A program made the translations under genes and the position numbers. From positions 186,001 to 250,000 of the forward strand of contig OZ287072.1 in the NCBI GenBank assembly GCA_965645245.1: a stretch of 64,000 nucleotides of DNA. The letters run 5' to 3'. The first letter of the stretch is position 1. The number at the start of each line of letters is the position of its first letter. The stretch is from Massalongia carnosa. Lineage: Eukaryota. This document shows positions 1 to 11,467 of this stretch, piece after piece. The notes beneath the pieces were generated by a model. That model worked only from the letters and a program-made list of their open reading frames with translations. It ran no database searches and was not told the origin of the DNA.

Positions 1-75
1 ATTATTCTTTATGAACATGCTCTTTAATAAAGAGCACGTTTAAACTATAGAGCATCTGTTAATAAATGAATATAG

Positions 76-1061
76 TCAATGGAAGATATTTTCATCCTGG
101 GTCAAGGATAATTTTCCTAAACATGAGATATCTGTGTTACATCCAGACAAAAATACTCCATATTTGATAGCTTATTGGATTTATCAAAATTGTGATTCTC
201 CTGAATCTGTTGAGTAAATGCATTATTCTTTTATATTAATGAGCTCGTTTTTAATGAACCTGTCAGTAATAAAAACTCAACACTTGCTATTCCTCAAGAT
301 AAGTCATGGTTACATGCATATAAAATGCGCTCCGCATGCAGTTGGAAGTATGCATACAGCATGGAGTAAGGTTCTATTGAGCTTGATTTATTGATCTAAG
401 CTCTTGGTGATTGGAGAATGATTTACGTTTTAGATAGACACTTGAAATTGACACTTGGAATTGAGGTGATGATTGCTTGCATTGAAAGGATTTTGCACCC
501 ATTCTCTCAGTTACTAGAATGTTGGGATTCGGTTAATAGATTACCGTATCCGAGCTACATATCGCTTACTGCTTGACCACTAAACTGGCTGACAGGTTCG
601 CATCCTTGGAGAAAGGATCTAGATGGTTCATACAGTGGCAATCCGTCTATTTCGAGCACGGTATCTATCTACATGAAAAGCTTGCAAAGAAAAAAAGTGA
701 GTTCTTTTCGTTCGAGCTCCTTTAAAATGAGCATTATCAATAATATATTTCAGGTGCGAGCAAGTACTGTATCTCAAAGCGCAAGAGCAATAGACGCAAA
801 TTTGTTATTTCGTTTATACGAACATAACAAGCAACATAAAATCGCTAGTCAACTGCATAGACTCGGTGTAGACGAGCAAGGAGCTCGATTTTGGGGCGGA
901 GCAGCTCAACGTATGATGATGTTAGTTGCTTATGTTTTGAGTTTGTCTTTTGCGATTTGATGAAGTTCTGCACATTCACGCAAATCATATCGAGCTCATA
1001 GATGAAGAGAAAGGTAAAATCGCGTGGTGGTTAAAGTTTCGCAAAACACATCAGGAAGGAG
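76..1061 (+). pseudogene. 5' exons of an intron-rich tyrosine recombinase gene (continues at 24370-24889; true start lies upstream of 76)
   Basis: Manual splicing (GT-AG introns 214-266, 697-753) gives ...PYLIAYWIYQNCD...HAYKMRSA...GNPSISSTVSIYMKSLQRKK/VRA..SARAI...WGG..QRMM...LRFDEVLHI...LKFRKTHQEG, with catalytic R and K positions. Has a premature TAA, a frameshift near 948 and a solo LTR insertion. Confidence 0.8.
375..594. mobile_element. Solo LTR inserted in a YR exon
   Basis: TA(ex-TG)...CA ends, 5-bp TSD GGTTC at 370-374 and 595-599; removing it restores the frame GSHPWRKDLDGSYSGNPS. Confidence 0.8.
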
Positions 1062-1780
1062 GTATGTGATCGCTCATCGGGAAATCGGGAGATGACTAAT
1101 AGATCTTGATGATTAAATATTCGACTTTTTGGTTTCTTTAGTCTTTATTCGTCAACCTTTAGTCATTTGCCTTTATCTATTGTACGTCTTTTCGTCATAT
1201 TAGTCAGTGCAACCTGCATCTCAACAAATAATCGTCGCTCTGTCTCTACTTCTCGTCTCGATAAGCTTTATTATTCTCAGTACCTTGACCTTTTAATAAT
1301 TCAGTCGTATATTATCCACTCTATCCTATCTTTACGTCCTCTTTATCCGTCGCAGAGTAATTTTGGTTGTTCAGCTGCTCTCTTTACATGTCACATCGTC
1401 ATAAATTGGCTTCGTTGCAGCTTTTGTATCTTGCGTATAACATCTCTTTATAATGCGCAACCCACCCTGCATGTCTCATCGAAGATAATGTTACGCACAT
1501 TCAGTTCTCGAAGATCAACAGTATTCTACATCATTACGTGGTTGTGATTCTCATTATTCTTTGAATTGATGATTATCTGTTACTTGATGACGAGAAAGCC
1601 TGCTTAATGCTTAGAGAGCCCAGATCTTAGAAGACCAACTACTACCGCGACGACATATTAAGCTCATCTGTTCTGGAACAACAGTCCCTCTTAGACGGAA
1701 GCTCTTCCTTATCCTATCAAAAAGCGCATGCGTTTAGGAAACCAATTCTCTTCAATCCTAACATAACACAACAGGTTTCG

Positions 1781-1950
1781 TGTGACGAAGCGAGATAGTG
1801 AATAGATTTCTACCATTGCGCCACCTATCCTCCCGACCAAAAGGCACAATACTTAGTCCGCAGATCAAGCTCTATTCTACTATAACTGGGACTCCTGTTA
1901 TGTTCGCTGTAGGTCCTGCCGTCGAGACCACGCATGGTCGAACCGTTACA
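1781..1950. mobile_element. Solo LTR (same family as 42816-42984)
   Basis: TGTGACG...CGTTACA, highly similar to 42816-42984; no clear TSD (TTTCG vs TTACA). Confidence 0.8.
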
Positions 1951-2174
1951 TTACATTATAATCCCTAACGTTAAGTTATAATCCCAAACATAAGTTAAAC
2001 ACCTAATCCATCGAGTCTAAAGGATTCAAGAGCACATGTAGGTCTAGATATATGGGACGTGCGATCGGGGTGCGCTCTGGGTCGCAATACAAATGGACTC
2101 GGTTGGTTATATTAACCTGACAAATAGAGTCCACTACTTGATTTGTTCATCGGGATATATGCCACAAAATCCTT

Positions 2175-2480
2175 CGTATGGACGGTGGTCAAAGATAATA
2201 TGGATGATCGTATCGATAGTGGACAAGAAGGTGGTTTGGATGATAGTCAAAAGTTGGTATGGACGGTAGTCTGGATGGTGGTCAAAAGGTAATCTGGGTG
2301 GTGATCTGGATGGTAGATAAATGGTTGACGAAAGATGGTCTAGATGATGGTCAAAAGGTGGTATAAGAGGTGAACATTCAGTTCACGAAGAATGTGGCGA
2401 AGGGCCGTTGCGGAGCGTCGATGAGCAGGTCTGGGGCAGGAATTAGGCTTTTCGGGGGTGCTTACTATATTCAGTACTAT
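2175..2480 (+). repeat. Degenerate GGATGGTGGTCAAA-type tandem array followed by a motif shared with 48784-48800; possible non-autonomous Helitron relic
   Basis: Repeated TGGAYGRTRGTC units at 2175-2365; AGGGCCGTTGCGGAGCG at 2401-2417 is identical to 48784-48800. Confidence 0.45.
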
Positions 2481-2649
2481 CGTCTCCGCAAAGAACACTG
2501 TTGTCCTCTGCTATGTCCGCCGTCTTCAACGCTTCAGGTCTGAAGTGCCACGAACTCGTTGCCGCTTCCATGATACCTGGTAACTATTGTTACAGGTTAA
2601 CGGATATCATTGTATGTTAACCGTTGCTAAAAATTGCTAATCACAAGGA

Positions 2650-2856
2650 TTAGACATCAACTTTGCTGTTAGATGCTGTCCACTGCTGTTAGATGCTTCC
2701 AGCTCTTGTTAGATGACGCGCTTTGCTATTAGATAATAGAGACTTCTGTTAGATGACACCCTTCGCTGTTAGATGCTGTCAGCTGTTATAAGATGTTTCT
2801 AACTCTTGATAGATGACACGTTTTGCTGTTAGATGTTGGGTTCCCTTATTAGATGA
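2650..2856 (+). repeat. Array of ~10 CTGTTAGATG-core repeats, ~15-21 bp spacing
   Basis: Directly visible; reverse-complement core ATCTAACAG is arrayed at 21271-21345. Confidence 0.8.
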
Positions 2857-4973
2857 ATGACAGCAGTTTTGCAAGATTAGCATATCCTTATCAATGTTTT
2901 ACTTTCGATTTGATTGGTTTGATATCTGCTTTTCCGCCGTATCTGCTGCCCGGATCCCTTTGGCCAGAAATTCCTCGTCGTATAACGTGTTGAATTGATC
3001 CCAGTCTATGTAATTGTTGACGTAAAACACGTCTGAGTTGATTCCCGATGGTATCAAATGTGCGCTACGCATTATCATAGATAGATCGTAGAATCGTCTA
3101 CCATTCAAATTTCGGGGGATTTTGCGTGTGTTCTGGGCCAAGTCTTCATTTCTATCATTCCATGTATTTCATTCGGTTGACCATTGTTCCGAGGCCGTAA
3201 AAGATCAAGAAGCACACCAGAATACATCGGGTGTTTGCCTCGAGAGTCTCTTCTGGCATGATCAACAATGGTAACAATCAATTGAACATGTCCTATCAAT
3301 CTTCCCTCTAGAGCTCTAGAATTGCCAGTTCCGTGGCACTCTCCTGCAGAATTTTCCTGAACCCATACGTAATCTCGTCTCCAGTTTCTACTCCTCATCC
3401 AGCTTGGTGCGCAACGTATGATTTCGGACTTGAGCGCCTCCAGGTCCGATGAATCCTTGCCATCCCGTATCCAGCATTTGATACCTTTATGTATCGAAAT
3501 CAAATGTGAGCCCGCCCAAGAAGAATCCGTCTCTCGTCGATATAAATTAGCATTGCTAGTTCGTACACCCTCCAACTTGTATCGGCCTTCTCTGATGAAT
3601 ACTGCCAAGGCGTCGAGGAAATCGTGAAGATGAAGCACGTCCGCAACACGAAAAGCTTCTCGCCATATTTTGTAACTTCGTCCGACCGCTTGCAGTTGAT
3701 CCATTTCTTCCTCATCCCACGACCAGTCTAGTGACGAAAGATCGAGGGCTCGAGTAAGCGAGGACACTTGCACTGTCATCTCTTTATCTACTTGATTTCC
3801 CTTTCTGCTCTGCCTGTAAAGCTCAATGTCTTTCATTGCCAGGGAGTTGAGACGTCGCGTGTTGTGTTGTGCTATTTGATCTAAATAACCGTCTTTCTTG
3901 TTGGTCCTATCGAAAAAAGCTTTAACTAGATATCGATGAGCAGCTTCGCTGTGAGAAGTATCCATCCCATCTGCGCTGCCGAATTGTTTGATATGCTCCA
4001 CATAATGTGTCATGACATGCCACTTAGGAAAATTAAAGGTGGGTTGACCGGTTTCGTTGTCTTTGGGTCGACTTTTTCCAAACACCCTTTTGAGCTTGTC
4101 GATACGATACAACGCATTGTGGCGAAATCACAGATGGCTCGAACGCAGAGCATAGCAGCAGGACATTTGCCAGTCAGAAATGGAGCCACAACAGGAACAA
4201 ATATTCTTAGTATATCCTTTTGTTCGTTCCCCGACCATTGTGTTATCTTACTGAACTTCGAGAAATGTTGAAGATCAGAAAACGAAGGCACAACGTCAAA
4301 TCGATGGTCGAGCTGTGCAGCAATGGGCGCTTCCTCAATCAAAGCCTCGTCAAATCTTCGTTTTCTTTTGATTGGCGTTATATCATCAATAAGGATCTGA
4401 GTCCATTCTATCATATTCATTATAATGCCCTTCAGCAGTTGATGAAGTATATCAACCATCATTACACCGTGTATGTTGACCAATTGATGTTTCCAAGCAA
4501 AATTGGTCACTGGATGTACCCAGGCTTCATTTGCCTTTGGAATTACTTGTCTAGTTCGGCTATGCTGAGAGCTAGTGCGTCGTTAATCGAGACAGCTCCC
4601 GCTTTGATTTCGGCACCGCATGGATCTCTCGGACGGCATAGATGTCTCAGCACCATAAGGATGTCTCAGCACGGCATAGAGATCTTAGCACCGCATCGAT
4701 CCTTCGGACGACAGTTAGGTTTCGGATTTGTGTATGCCTTGCTATGGGCCGCGTTGATGGGGCATACTGGGATGGTAGAGTAGGACAAGGAGAATAGGAA
4801 GAAGATATATAAAGAGGAGGTCCCAGACGGTATCCCTCATCATCTCACATCTCAAGACAATCAAAAGCATAGCATTTTGATAGCACTGTTTGCAACGTTT
4901 TCTTTTCACCCAATTCAAATTTATACAACCACTACACTTAAATTTACTCTATTCAAATCCCTCTCCTCCAAAA

Positions 4974-6128
4974 ATGGCCACCCGCATCTCCAACAGAATC
5001 ACCAAGCCTACCTCCCGCACACAAGGCAGCACTCTAGCCCGTACTAGAACTAGAGCTAGGGCAAATCTAGCCAACTCCAACCCAGACGTCGAAGTACCCG
5101 ACTCACAAGACAGCACGGCAACCCTTCAAAGCCATCCTCAACCTTCTCCTCTTCCATCTTCAGCGTTTAATTCCTCCTCACAAGGGCCTGTTATACCGGA
5201 AACCCGTTCTCGCACCCCTGATGACATTATTGAACTTAGAGCACAACGCGAAATGTCCCGCAGGGAAGCCGAGGAAAGAGAAAGAGTAAGTCTTAGGCGG
5301 GATATCGAAACCCAACAAGCACGTGCCCGAGACGTGGTCCCTGGGCCAGTAGCCTCAGCTCAACAGCCTTCCCTATTATTTCCGACATCATTTCCACCGC
5401 ATCGACCAAACTCATTGTATACAGAAGGTATGGATCCTCGTTTTGTTTCTCTTATGAACGAATATCCCACTATCAAGCCCATATGGATAAAGCAAATCTC
5501 CGAGAATACGTTTGACCCAATCAACATTACCAAGCTATGTACCGACATCGACGGAGTTCAAACCAACTCTAGATACGTCAAACTCGGAGAAGGTCTGGAA
5601 ATCGCCACGAGAGAAGAAGATGGCTCCTTAAAAGATATCAAAGGGATAGTTCATTTGATACGATGTCTCGGGGTATATTGGATGATACTACTACACTTTG
5701 CACACCCCGGTCTCCAGATAAACCTGATGAGAGCCTTCATGGCTTATCAGGACCATCTTCTATCATTATACGCCTTCTACACCTGGGACTCGGTTCGCAT
5801 CTTTCATTTGAATTTCCACAAATCTCGAGCCTTTCGCGGGATTGACAACCCGGATGGATGGAAAGAAATGGACCATTCCTTGGAAAGGCATCTTGTGCGG
5901 AAACCGTCCGCTTACTTTGCAAAACCGGACGATAATTCTACGGCTTTCAAAACCTCAGGCGAAAAGATTATCTGTAAGAAATACAACTATGGCAAAGACT
6001 GTCCCGTATATTGTAGATTCCAACATGTGTGTGAGAAATGTGGAAAGCAACATCGGGCGATGGACTGTACAAATGGAAAAAATCAACCCTCTAACCCAAA
6101 TTCGATGCCTCTCCCATCAAGGCAATGA
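4974..6128 (+). CDS. Ngaro A Gag-like protein with C-terminal Cys/His zinc fingers
   Basis: ATG at 4974 downstream of TATATAAA (~4805); C-terminus CKKYNYGKDCPVYCRFQHVCEKCGKQHRAMDC. Confidence 0.85.
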   Translation: MATRISNRITKPTSRTQGSTLARTRTRARANLANSNPDVEVPDSQDSTATLQSHPQPSPLPSSAFNSSSQGPVIPETRSRTPDDIIELRAQREMSRREAEERERVSLRRDIETQQARARDVVPGPVASAQQPSLLFPTSFPPHRPNSLYTEGMDPRFVSLMNEYPTIKPIWIKQISENTFDPINITKLCTDIDGVQTNSRYVKLGEGLEIATREEDGSLKDIKGIVHLIRCLGVYWMILLHFAHPGLQINLMRAFMAYQDHLLSLYAFYTWDSVRIFHLNFHKSRAFRGIDNPDGWKEMDHSLERHLVRKPSAYFAKPDDNSTAFKTSGEKIICKKYNYGKDCPVYCRFQHVCEKCGKQHRAMDCTNGKNQPSNPNSMPLPSRQ

Positions 6129-7745
6129 CTAACCGCCCCATTCTTATCCATCGCGGAGTCCTTTCCATACACCTTGACGGACAATCTAACAAAGATCCCA
6201 CCGGGCCCATTGAAGAAAGAAGGCTGGGAGAAACATTTGGCCAATCACCCGGATCGCACTTACACACAAACAATTATCGATATCATCACCTACGGTGCCA
6301 AAGTTGGTTATACAGGACCACATCAACTCATTATTAGCGATAATCTTGCCTCTGCAAATGAGGCACCGGAAGTTCTTACCAATGACCTCGAAGAACAAAT
6401 AGCTAGTAATCGGTTGGAGAAAGTCAACAACATTCCTTCTTGCTTTATATGTTCCCCATTAGGCCTTGTACCAAAGGCTAACGGTGGTTGGCGGCGAATC
6501 CATCATCTATCGTATCCGGAGAGTAGCTCAGTCAACGACCACATACCGGAAGACTGGGGCTCCCTGGAATATACCAGCTTCGACGAAGCCATTAGGTTGA
6601 TTGAGCAACGCGGGCCAGGGTGTATTCTTATTAAAAGAGACTTTGCGGACGCTTTTCGCCACATACCAGTAGCAAAAAGCGATTGGTGGTTACTAGGTTT
6701 CAAGTGGCAGGATTCCTTTTGGATGGATAAATACTTACCCTTTGGGCTGAGAACGTCGCCGTTCCTTTTTGATCTGTTCGCGAAGGGTATCAACTGGATA
6801 TTGTACAACTGTGGTTGGAAAGACGCTATTCATTACTTGGATGATTTTTTAATAATAGTCAGCACCGGACCAGATGCTGAAAAGTTTGATCAAGTTTTCC
6901 ACAACATTTGTAAAGATCTTGGCATGAAAATCAAGCTCGAAAAGAACAGAACTGGAACGACTTGCGATTTCCTCGGCATTGAAATCGATACCGCGCTCAT
7001 GGAAGCACGCTTGCCTTCCGAAAAGTTACTAAAAGCAAAGACCCTAGTATCGGCAGCTTTGAATAAAAAAGCCATACCCAGGAAGGAACTCGACTCTCTT
7101 CTAGGATTCTTATGCTTTGCAGCCAGAGTGGTAAAACCAGGAAGAGCCTTTCTACGCCGTCTTTTCAATGCTACGGCAAGCGTAACCTCTAAACTAATCC
7201 ATCTTAACAAGGACATGAGGGCTGATCTTCTATGGTGGCATCATTTCCTACCTAAATGGAATGGCATACATCTGCTCAACCGTACTAGACATACTATGAG
7301 AATATGGACAGATGCGTCCGGCTCATATGGTATGGGCGGCTTTATCCTCAGCGAGGATCAAAATTTGCATAATATACAAGCAGCCCGGCAGGCTTTTAGC
7401 ACACGCTTTACTACGCGCCTTAGGGCAAAGCATATCAACGTCAAAGAAATGACAGCAATTCTTCAAGCTATGAAAAAGTGGCTACCTATATGCAAGGGTA
7501 GTCATTTAATCCTCTATTGTGATAGCTACGCTGTCACGAAAGGAGTGAATAAAACCTCTATACGAGGCCAAGCAATGCATGCCCTGCGGGCAATTACAAT
7601 GCTAGCTGCATTACATGATATCCAGATAGAAGCGCGATGGATATCATCCAAAGAAAATTATATTGCTGATCTCTTGTCTAGAGGACTTTTGAAGAAACTG
7701 GCTGACAAAATCCCTCAGTTTCAGGCTCTACCCTCAGCAATATAG
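6129..7745 (+). CDS. Ngaro A reverse transcriptase/RNase H (in frame with gag, no early ATG)
   Basis: SPLGLVPK, WRRIHHLS, DFADAFR, LPFGLRTSP, HYLDDF, TDAS, INVKEM, ADLLSR. Confidence 0.92.
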   Translation, partial: LTAPFLSIAESFPYTLTDNLTKIPPGPLKKEGWEKHLANHPDRTYTQTIIDIITYGAKVGYTGPHQLIISDNLASANEAPEVLTNDLEEQIASNRLEKVNNIPSCFICSPLGLVPKANGGWRRIHHLSYPESSSVNDHIPEDWGSLEYTSFDEAIRLIEQRGPGCILIKRDFADAFRHIPVAKSDWWLLGFKWQDSFWMDKYLPFGLRTSPFLFDLFAKGINWILYNCGWKDAIHYLDDFLIIVSTGPDAEKFDQVFHNICKDLGMKIKLEKNRTGTTCDFLGIEIDTALMEARLPSEKLLKAKTLVSAALNKKAIPRKELDSLLGFLCFAARVVKPGRAFLRRLFNATASVTSKLIHLNKDMRADLLWWHHFLPKWNGIHLLNRTRHTMRIWTDASGSYGMGGFILSEDQNLHNIQAARQAFSTRFTTRLRAKHINVKEMTAILQAMKKWLPICKGSHLILYCDSYAVTKGVNKTSIRGQAMHALRAITMLAALHDIQIEARWISSKENYIADLLSRGLLKKLADKIPQFQALPSAI

Positions 7746-8761
7746 GACGCGATCCACCCCCATCTTGGTACAGTGAGGTACCTTTAGACGAAATCGCAGC
7801 ACGATACCTCTGGTGGGGCCTGGCCACTAAGACAAGATCTTTATACACAACGGCAAGAAAGGGATACGTTCTTTACTGTAGGGTAAACCTCAACGCGCCA
7901 CCATTTCCAGCCAACATCCGGACGCTGTCTTCGTGGATCGCAGCGTTGGGTGAACGACGCCTGCAACCAAAAACTATTAAGAGCTACTTGACGGGCATAA
8001 GATCATGCCAGATAGATATGGGCCTCGGTAATCTCGACGTATTTCATCACCCGGTGTTAGATCGCATCCTTACTGGCATAAAGCGAAAGAACGGTGAAGC
8101 CGAGAAACGTGAAAGGTTACCAATTACTAGAGAGATCTTAATCAAATTGCTAAGTCGTCTTGATCAAACGAAAGAGAAAGGCGCAAATTTACATGCGGCG
8201 TACTGCTTAGCGTTTGCAGGCTTCTTACGAGCCGGAGAATTTACTTACACAACGCAAGATGTACTAGACCCAAGCTTTGATCAATGGCACCTCACCAGAA
8301 AATCTATTAGGTTCGAAGCAGATCACCTACAGCTCTCTCTACCAGTCTCCAAAACCGATCCCTTTCGCCGAGGCATAACACTGACAATTGCGGCTACCAA
8401 CGATGTTGCTTGTGCACTAGCTTCTCTTACAAATTTATATAGGCGATTCCCAAGTTCTCCGGCCGCACCACTCTTTAAAAACGGTCAGTCCTTCACTCGA
8501 GACTACATTACAACAGCGATGAAATCCACCTTAAGGAACTTGGGCTATATAGGAAATTTCTCTGGCCACTCGTTCAGAAGAGGTGCGGCAACAACAGCGC
8601 GACGGGCAGGACTCACCGAAGACGAGATTCAGATGCTAGGAAGATGGAAGTCAGACGCATACAAGCTTTACATACAAACCCACCCCACTTACCTTCTTAA
8701 CGCCTCAAAACGCCTTCAAACATTACCCACGGAACCTCACAATCCAGTCACTAGGTCCTGA
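7706..8761 (+). CDS. Ngaro A tyrosine recombinase (open frame starts at 7706 without ATG)
   Basis: FLRAGE, SKTDP, GHSFRRGAA, GRWKSDAYKLY; frame open from 7706. Confidence 0.92.
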   Translation, partial: QNPSVSGSTLSNIGRDPPPSWYSEVPLDEIAARYLWWGLATKTRSLYTTARKGYVLYCRVNLNAPPFPANIRTLSSWIAALGERRLQPKTIKSYLTGIRSCQIDMGLGNLDVFHHPVLDRILTGIKRKNGEAEKRERLPITREILIKLLSRLDQTKEKGANLHAAYCLAFAGFLRAGEFTYTTQDVLDPSFDQWHLTRKSIRFEADHLQLSLPVSKTDPFRRGITLTIAATNDVACALASLTNLYRRFPSSPAAPLFKNGQSFTRDYITTAMKSTLRNLGYIGNFSGHSFRRGAATTARRAGLTEDEIQMLGRWKSDAYKLYIQTHPTYLLNASKRLQTLPTEPHNPVTRS

Positions 8762-10130
8762 ACAACACCGCAAGCGGGTCGTTCCATGTTGGGGATTGGG
8801 AGTCTGTTCACAGCCCAAGGCCTGCGAGAGGGTCTTACATTAGTAGACAGCAAGGCCCTTATCGAGTCCCCCTCTCGAGGCCGGGGGCTGTGAGCAATAG
8901 CCCAAACATACTTAGTAGCAATATAACGAGATTGACACGAACTAGCTAGTTCGGCTATGCTGAGAGCTAGTGCGTCGTTAATCGAGACAGCTCCCGCTTT
9001 GATTTCGGCACCGCATGGATCTCTCGGACGGCATAGATGTCTCAGCACCATAAGGATGTCTCAGCACGGCATAGAGATCTTAGCACCGCATCGATCCTTC
9101 GGACGACAGTTAGGTTTCGGATTTGTGTATGCCTTGCTATGGGCCGCGTTGATGGGGCATACTGGGATGGTAGAGTAGGACAAGGAGAATAGGAAGAAGA
9201 TATATAAAGAGGAGGTCCCAGACGGTATCCCTCATCATCTCACATCTCAAGACAATCAAAAGCATAGCATTTTGATAGCACTGTTTGCAACGTTTTCTTT
9301 CCCACCCACCCACTCCAGTTCTTCTGTCGCTTAGATAGAGGGAGTCTGTTCACAGCCCAAGGCCTGCGAGAGGGTCTTACATTAGTAGACAGCAAGGCCC
9401 TTATCGAGTCCCCCTCTCGAGGCCGGGGGCTGTGAGCAATAGCCCAAACATACTTAGTAGCAATATAACGAGATTGACACGAACTAGCTCTCTTGTTTGG
9501 CGATTTGAGATCGAGTTGTTTCATGTGTGCGTGGATCCCATTTTCCTAGTAAATTTTCTCTTTCGTTTGAGGGAACCTGGCAAATGCTACAATGACGCTG
9601 ATATTTTATCCCCGTAATCAAAACCTGCTCTTCGTAGTCCACAGTGAAGCCGGCGATAATAGGATAACATCGTCGCACATGTCCATCGGCACAAGTCAAA
9701 AGGATACCATTTTTGAATGTTGTTTGATAGCTAGCACGGCATTCAAGTCATGGTTAGTTATCGTTATAATAAGGAGGGAGTGAAACTCACGTCTGAGCAT
9801 CATTTTCATTGCAAGATGATAGACCTGAGCTTTCAGTTCGTCTCCCTTCTCCTTCTCCTTGACAATAGGGATAAAACCTAACAAAACGATACCCGGTCTA
9901 TTGGGCTGGCGTCGAGTCTTTCGATCCAAGTTTCCAATCGTAAGATAAACAGGCCACGCCGACTGATCTCCATGATGCTGGGTGAGTCTTGTTTTGTCTG
10001 TAGCTAAGAGAAGTGGCACAACTGTTGCATTTTCAGGAAGCTGTTCTTGAATTGACCACCACCAGTCACCTGTTGCCATTTCACTGAACATACGTAGATC
10101 TGCGCTATTATACTGACGGATGGGTGCGTA

Positions 10131-11467
10131 CAGTACTAGGCCAAAAGTCTGCGGCCCCGCACCCCACCAACATTTCAATCATTCTATTCAATCAACAATC
10201 AACCACGTCACGATTGCTGAAATGTCTTGAAACTTTACATAATGATTACATACATACTAAACAAGAATTCCCCCAAAAATTGTTTTTTAATATTTAGTAT
10301 ACCATCCTTCCGACGCTATACACGCTTTTATCCTCCTATTCATGCTCTCTATTAACCTCCTCATCATTTTCACATCTATCAACGTCCAGGCTTCTTCTAA
10401 CGCTTTCCAAAGAACCTCACGAACAGTTTCATCACTGCCGATCACCAAATCTATGTTCGGGTTGACTTGATAGACGAGCTTTTTGAGCACATACCAAACG
10501 TGCTCGATGGGATTTAAATCAGGTGAATAGGGGGGCCAATCGATGACCTCTATGCCGTTCTCATTGAACCATTCCATCACCTTTTTAGCCTTATGTATAG
10601 TTGCGTTATCCTGCATGAAAATGAGGCCCGGTTGCCAAATTCCAAGCAGATTATCGTTCAATAATTCCATATATGAGTTCGCCGAGTACCCCATCTTCTT
10701 CGCAGCAAAATCACGAGCCAATTTGTAAAGATCTGACCTGTCATCTCCCCAAAAAGCTGCCCAGACCATGACACTGACTCCTTTGCCTTTGGGGACAGGT
10801 TGTATCATCTCTTTATTCCATTTTTCTTTCGGCAATCTGAACACCCACTGACGCTGTTTTCCTGACCCCTTTTCCACCGAGCACTCATCTGACCATATAA
10901 CTCTTGACTACTGCTCAAAAGTCCACTCACGCCGCAGCAAGCACCAATCCAATCGTTTCTTGGCCACCTCAGGCGTCAATAAAGGTCGTTTTTTAGCCAC
11001 CCAGTTGGTTAAACCATACAGTTTGATTGCCCGATAAATAGTCGTACGACTGCAGCCGAGCCCCACTTCTAGTTGGATTTGTGCATAAGTGATTCGTGGA
11101 TTGATTTGTGCATGCTTGATGATATAACGTCGATCGCGTTCTGACAGCACTTCAGGCCGTCCAGAACGTGATTTAGACACGCCGTCGTTGCGAATTGAGT
11201 GCTTCTGAATGGTGCTCTGCACGGTCGATTTAGTGAAATTAAGAGTCTTCCCAATCTCGGTCGGTGTGTGCCCCAACGCCTGGGCCCCAAAATCATACCA
11301 CGTTGATATGGCGTCAATTCAGTGTTACGAGGCCGATTACCACTTATGGGGGTCAAAGAAGCACGAAGCATGGTGAAATGATGGGGTGGAAGATGGGGGG
11401 TTGATGAGTTGAAAACGCGAAATCACGAAAATTATGGGTTGGGCCGCAGACTTTTGGCACGGGACTG
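10131..11467 (-). mobile_element. Tc1/mariner (DD34E) transposon with defective transposase (10287-11371)
   Basis: TA TSD (10129-10130, 11468-11469); ~27-bp imperfect TIRs sharing CAGT and GCCAAAAGTCTGCGGCCC; WSDEC, FMQDNA-34 aa-PDLNPIE; frameshift near 11285 and TAG at 10908. Confidence 0.93.

Larger units (their letters stand above)
4551..9489 (+). mobile_element. Ngaro tyrosine-recombinase retrotransposon, family A, full A1-ORFs-B1-A2-B2 structure
   Basis: Split direct repeats A1 4551-4905 = A2 8946-9300 (355 bp), B1 8798-8947 = B2 9340-9489 (150 bp); gag, RT/RNaseH and YR frames; CT dinucleotide at both ends and at the B1-A2 junction. Confidence 0.95.

Noticed and set aside
2650..2856. 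CRISPR-like repeat-spacer array
   Set aside because: Core only ~10 bp and degenerate, spacers too short, eukaryotic context, no cas genes.
7706..7745. -1 frameshift from RT into YR
   Set aside because: No canonical slippery heptamer in the overlap of either Ngaro family; splicing signals fit better.
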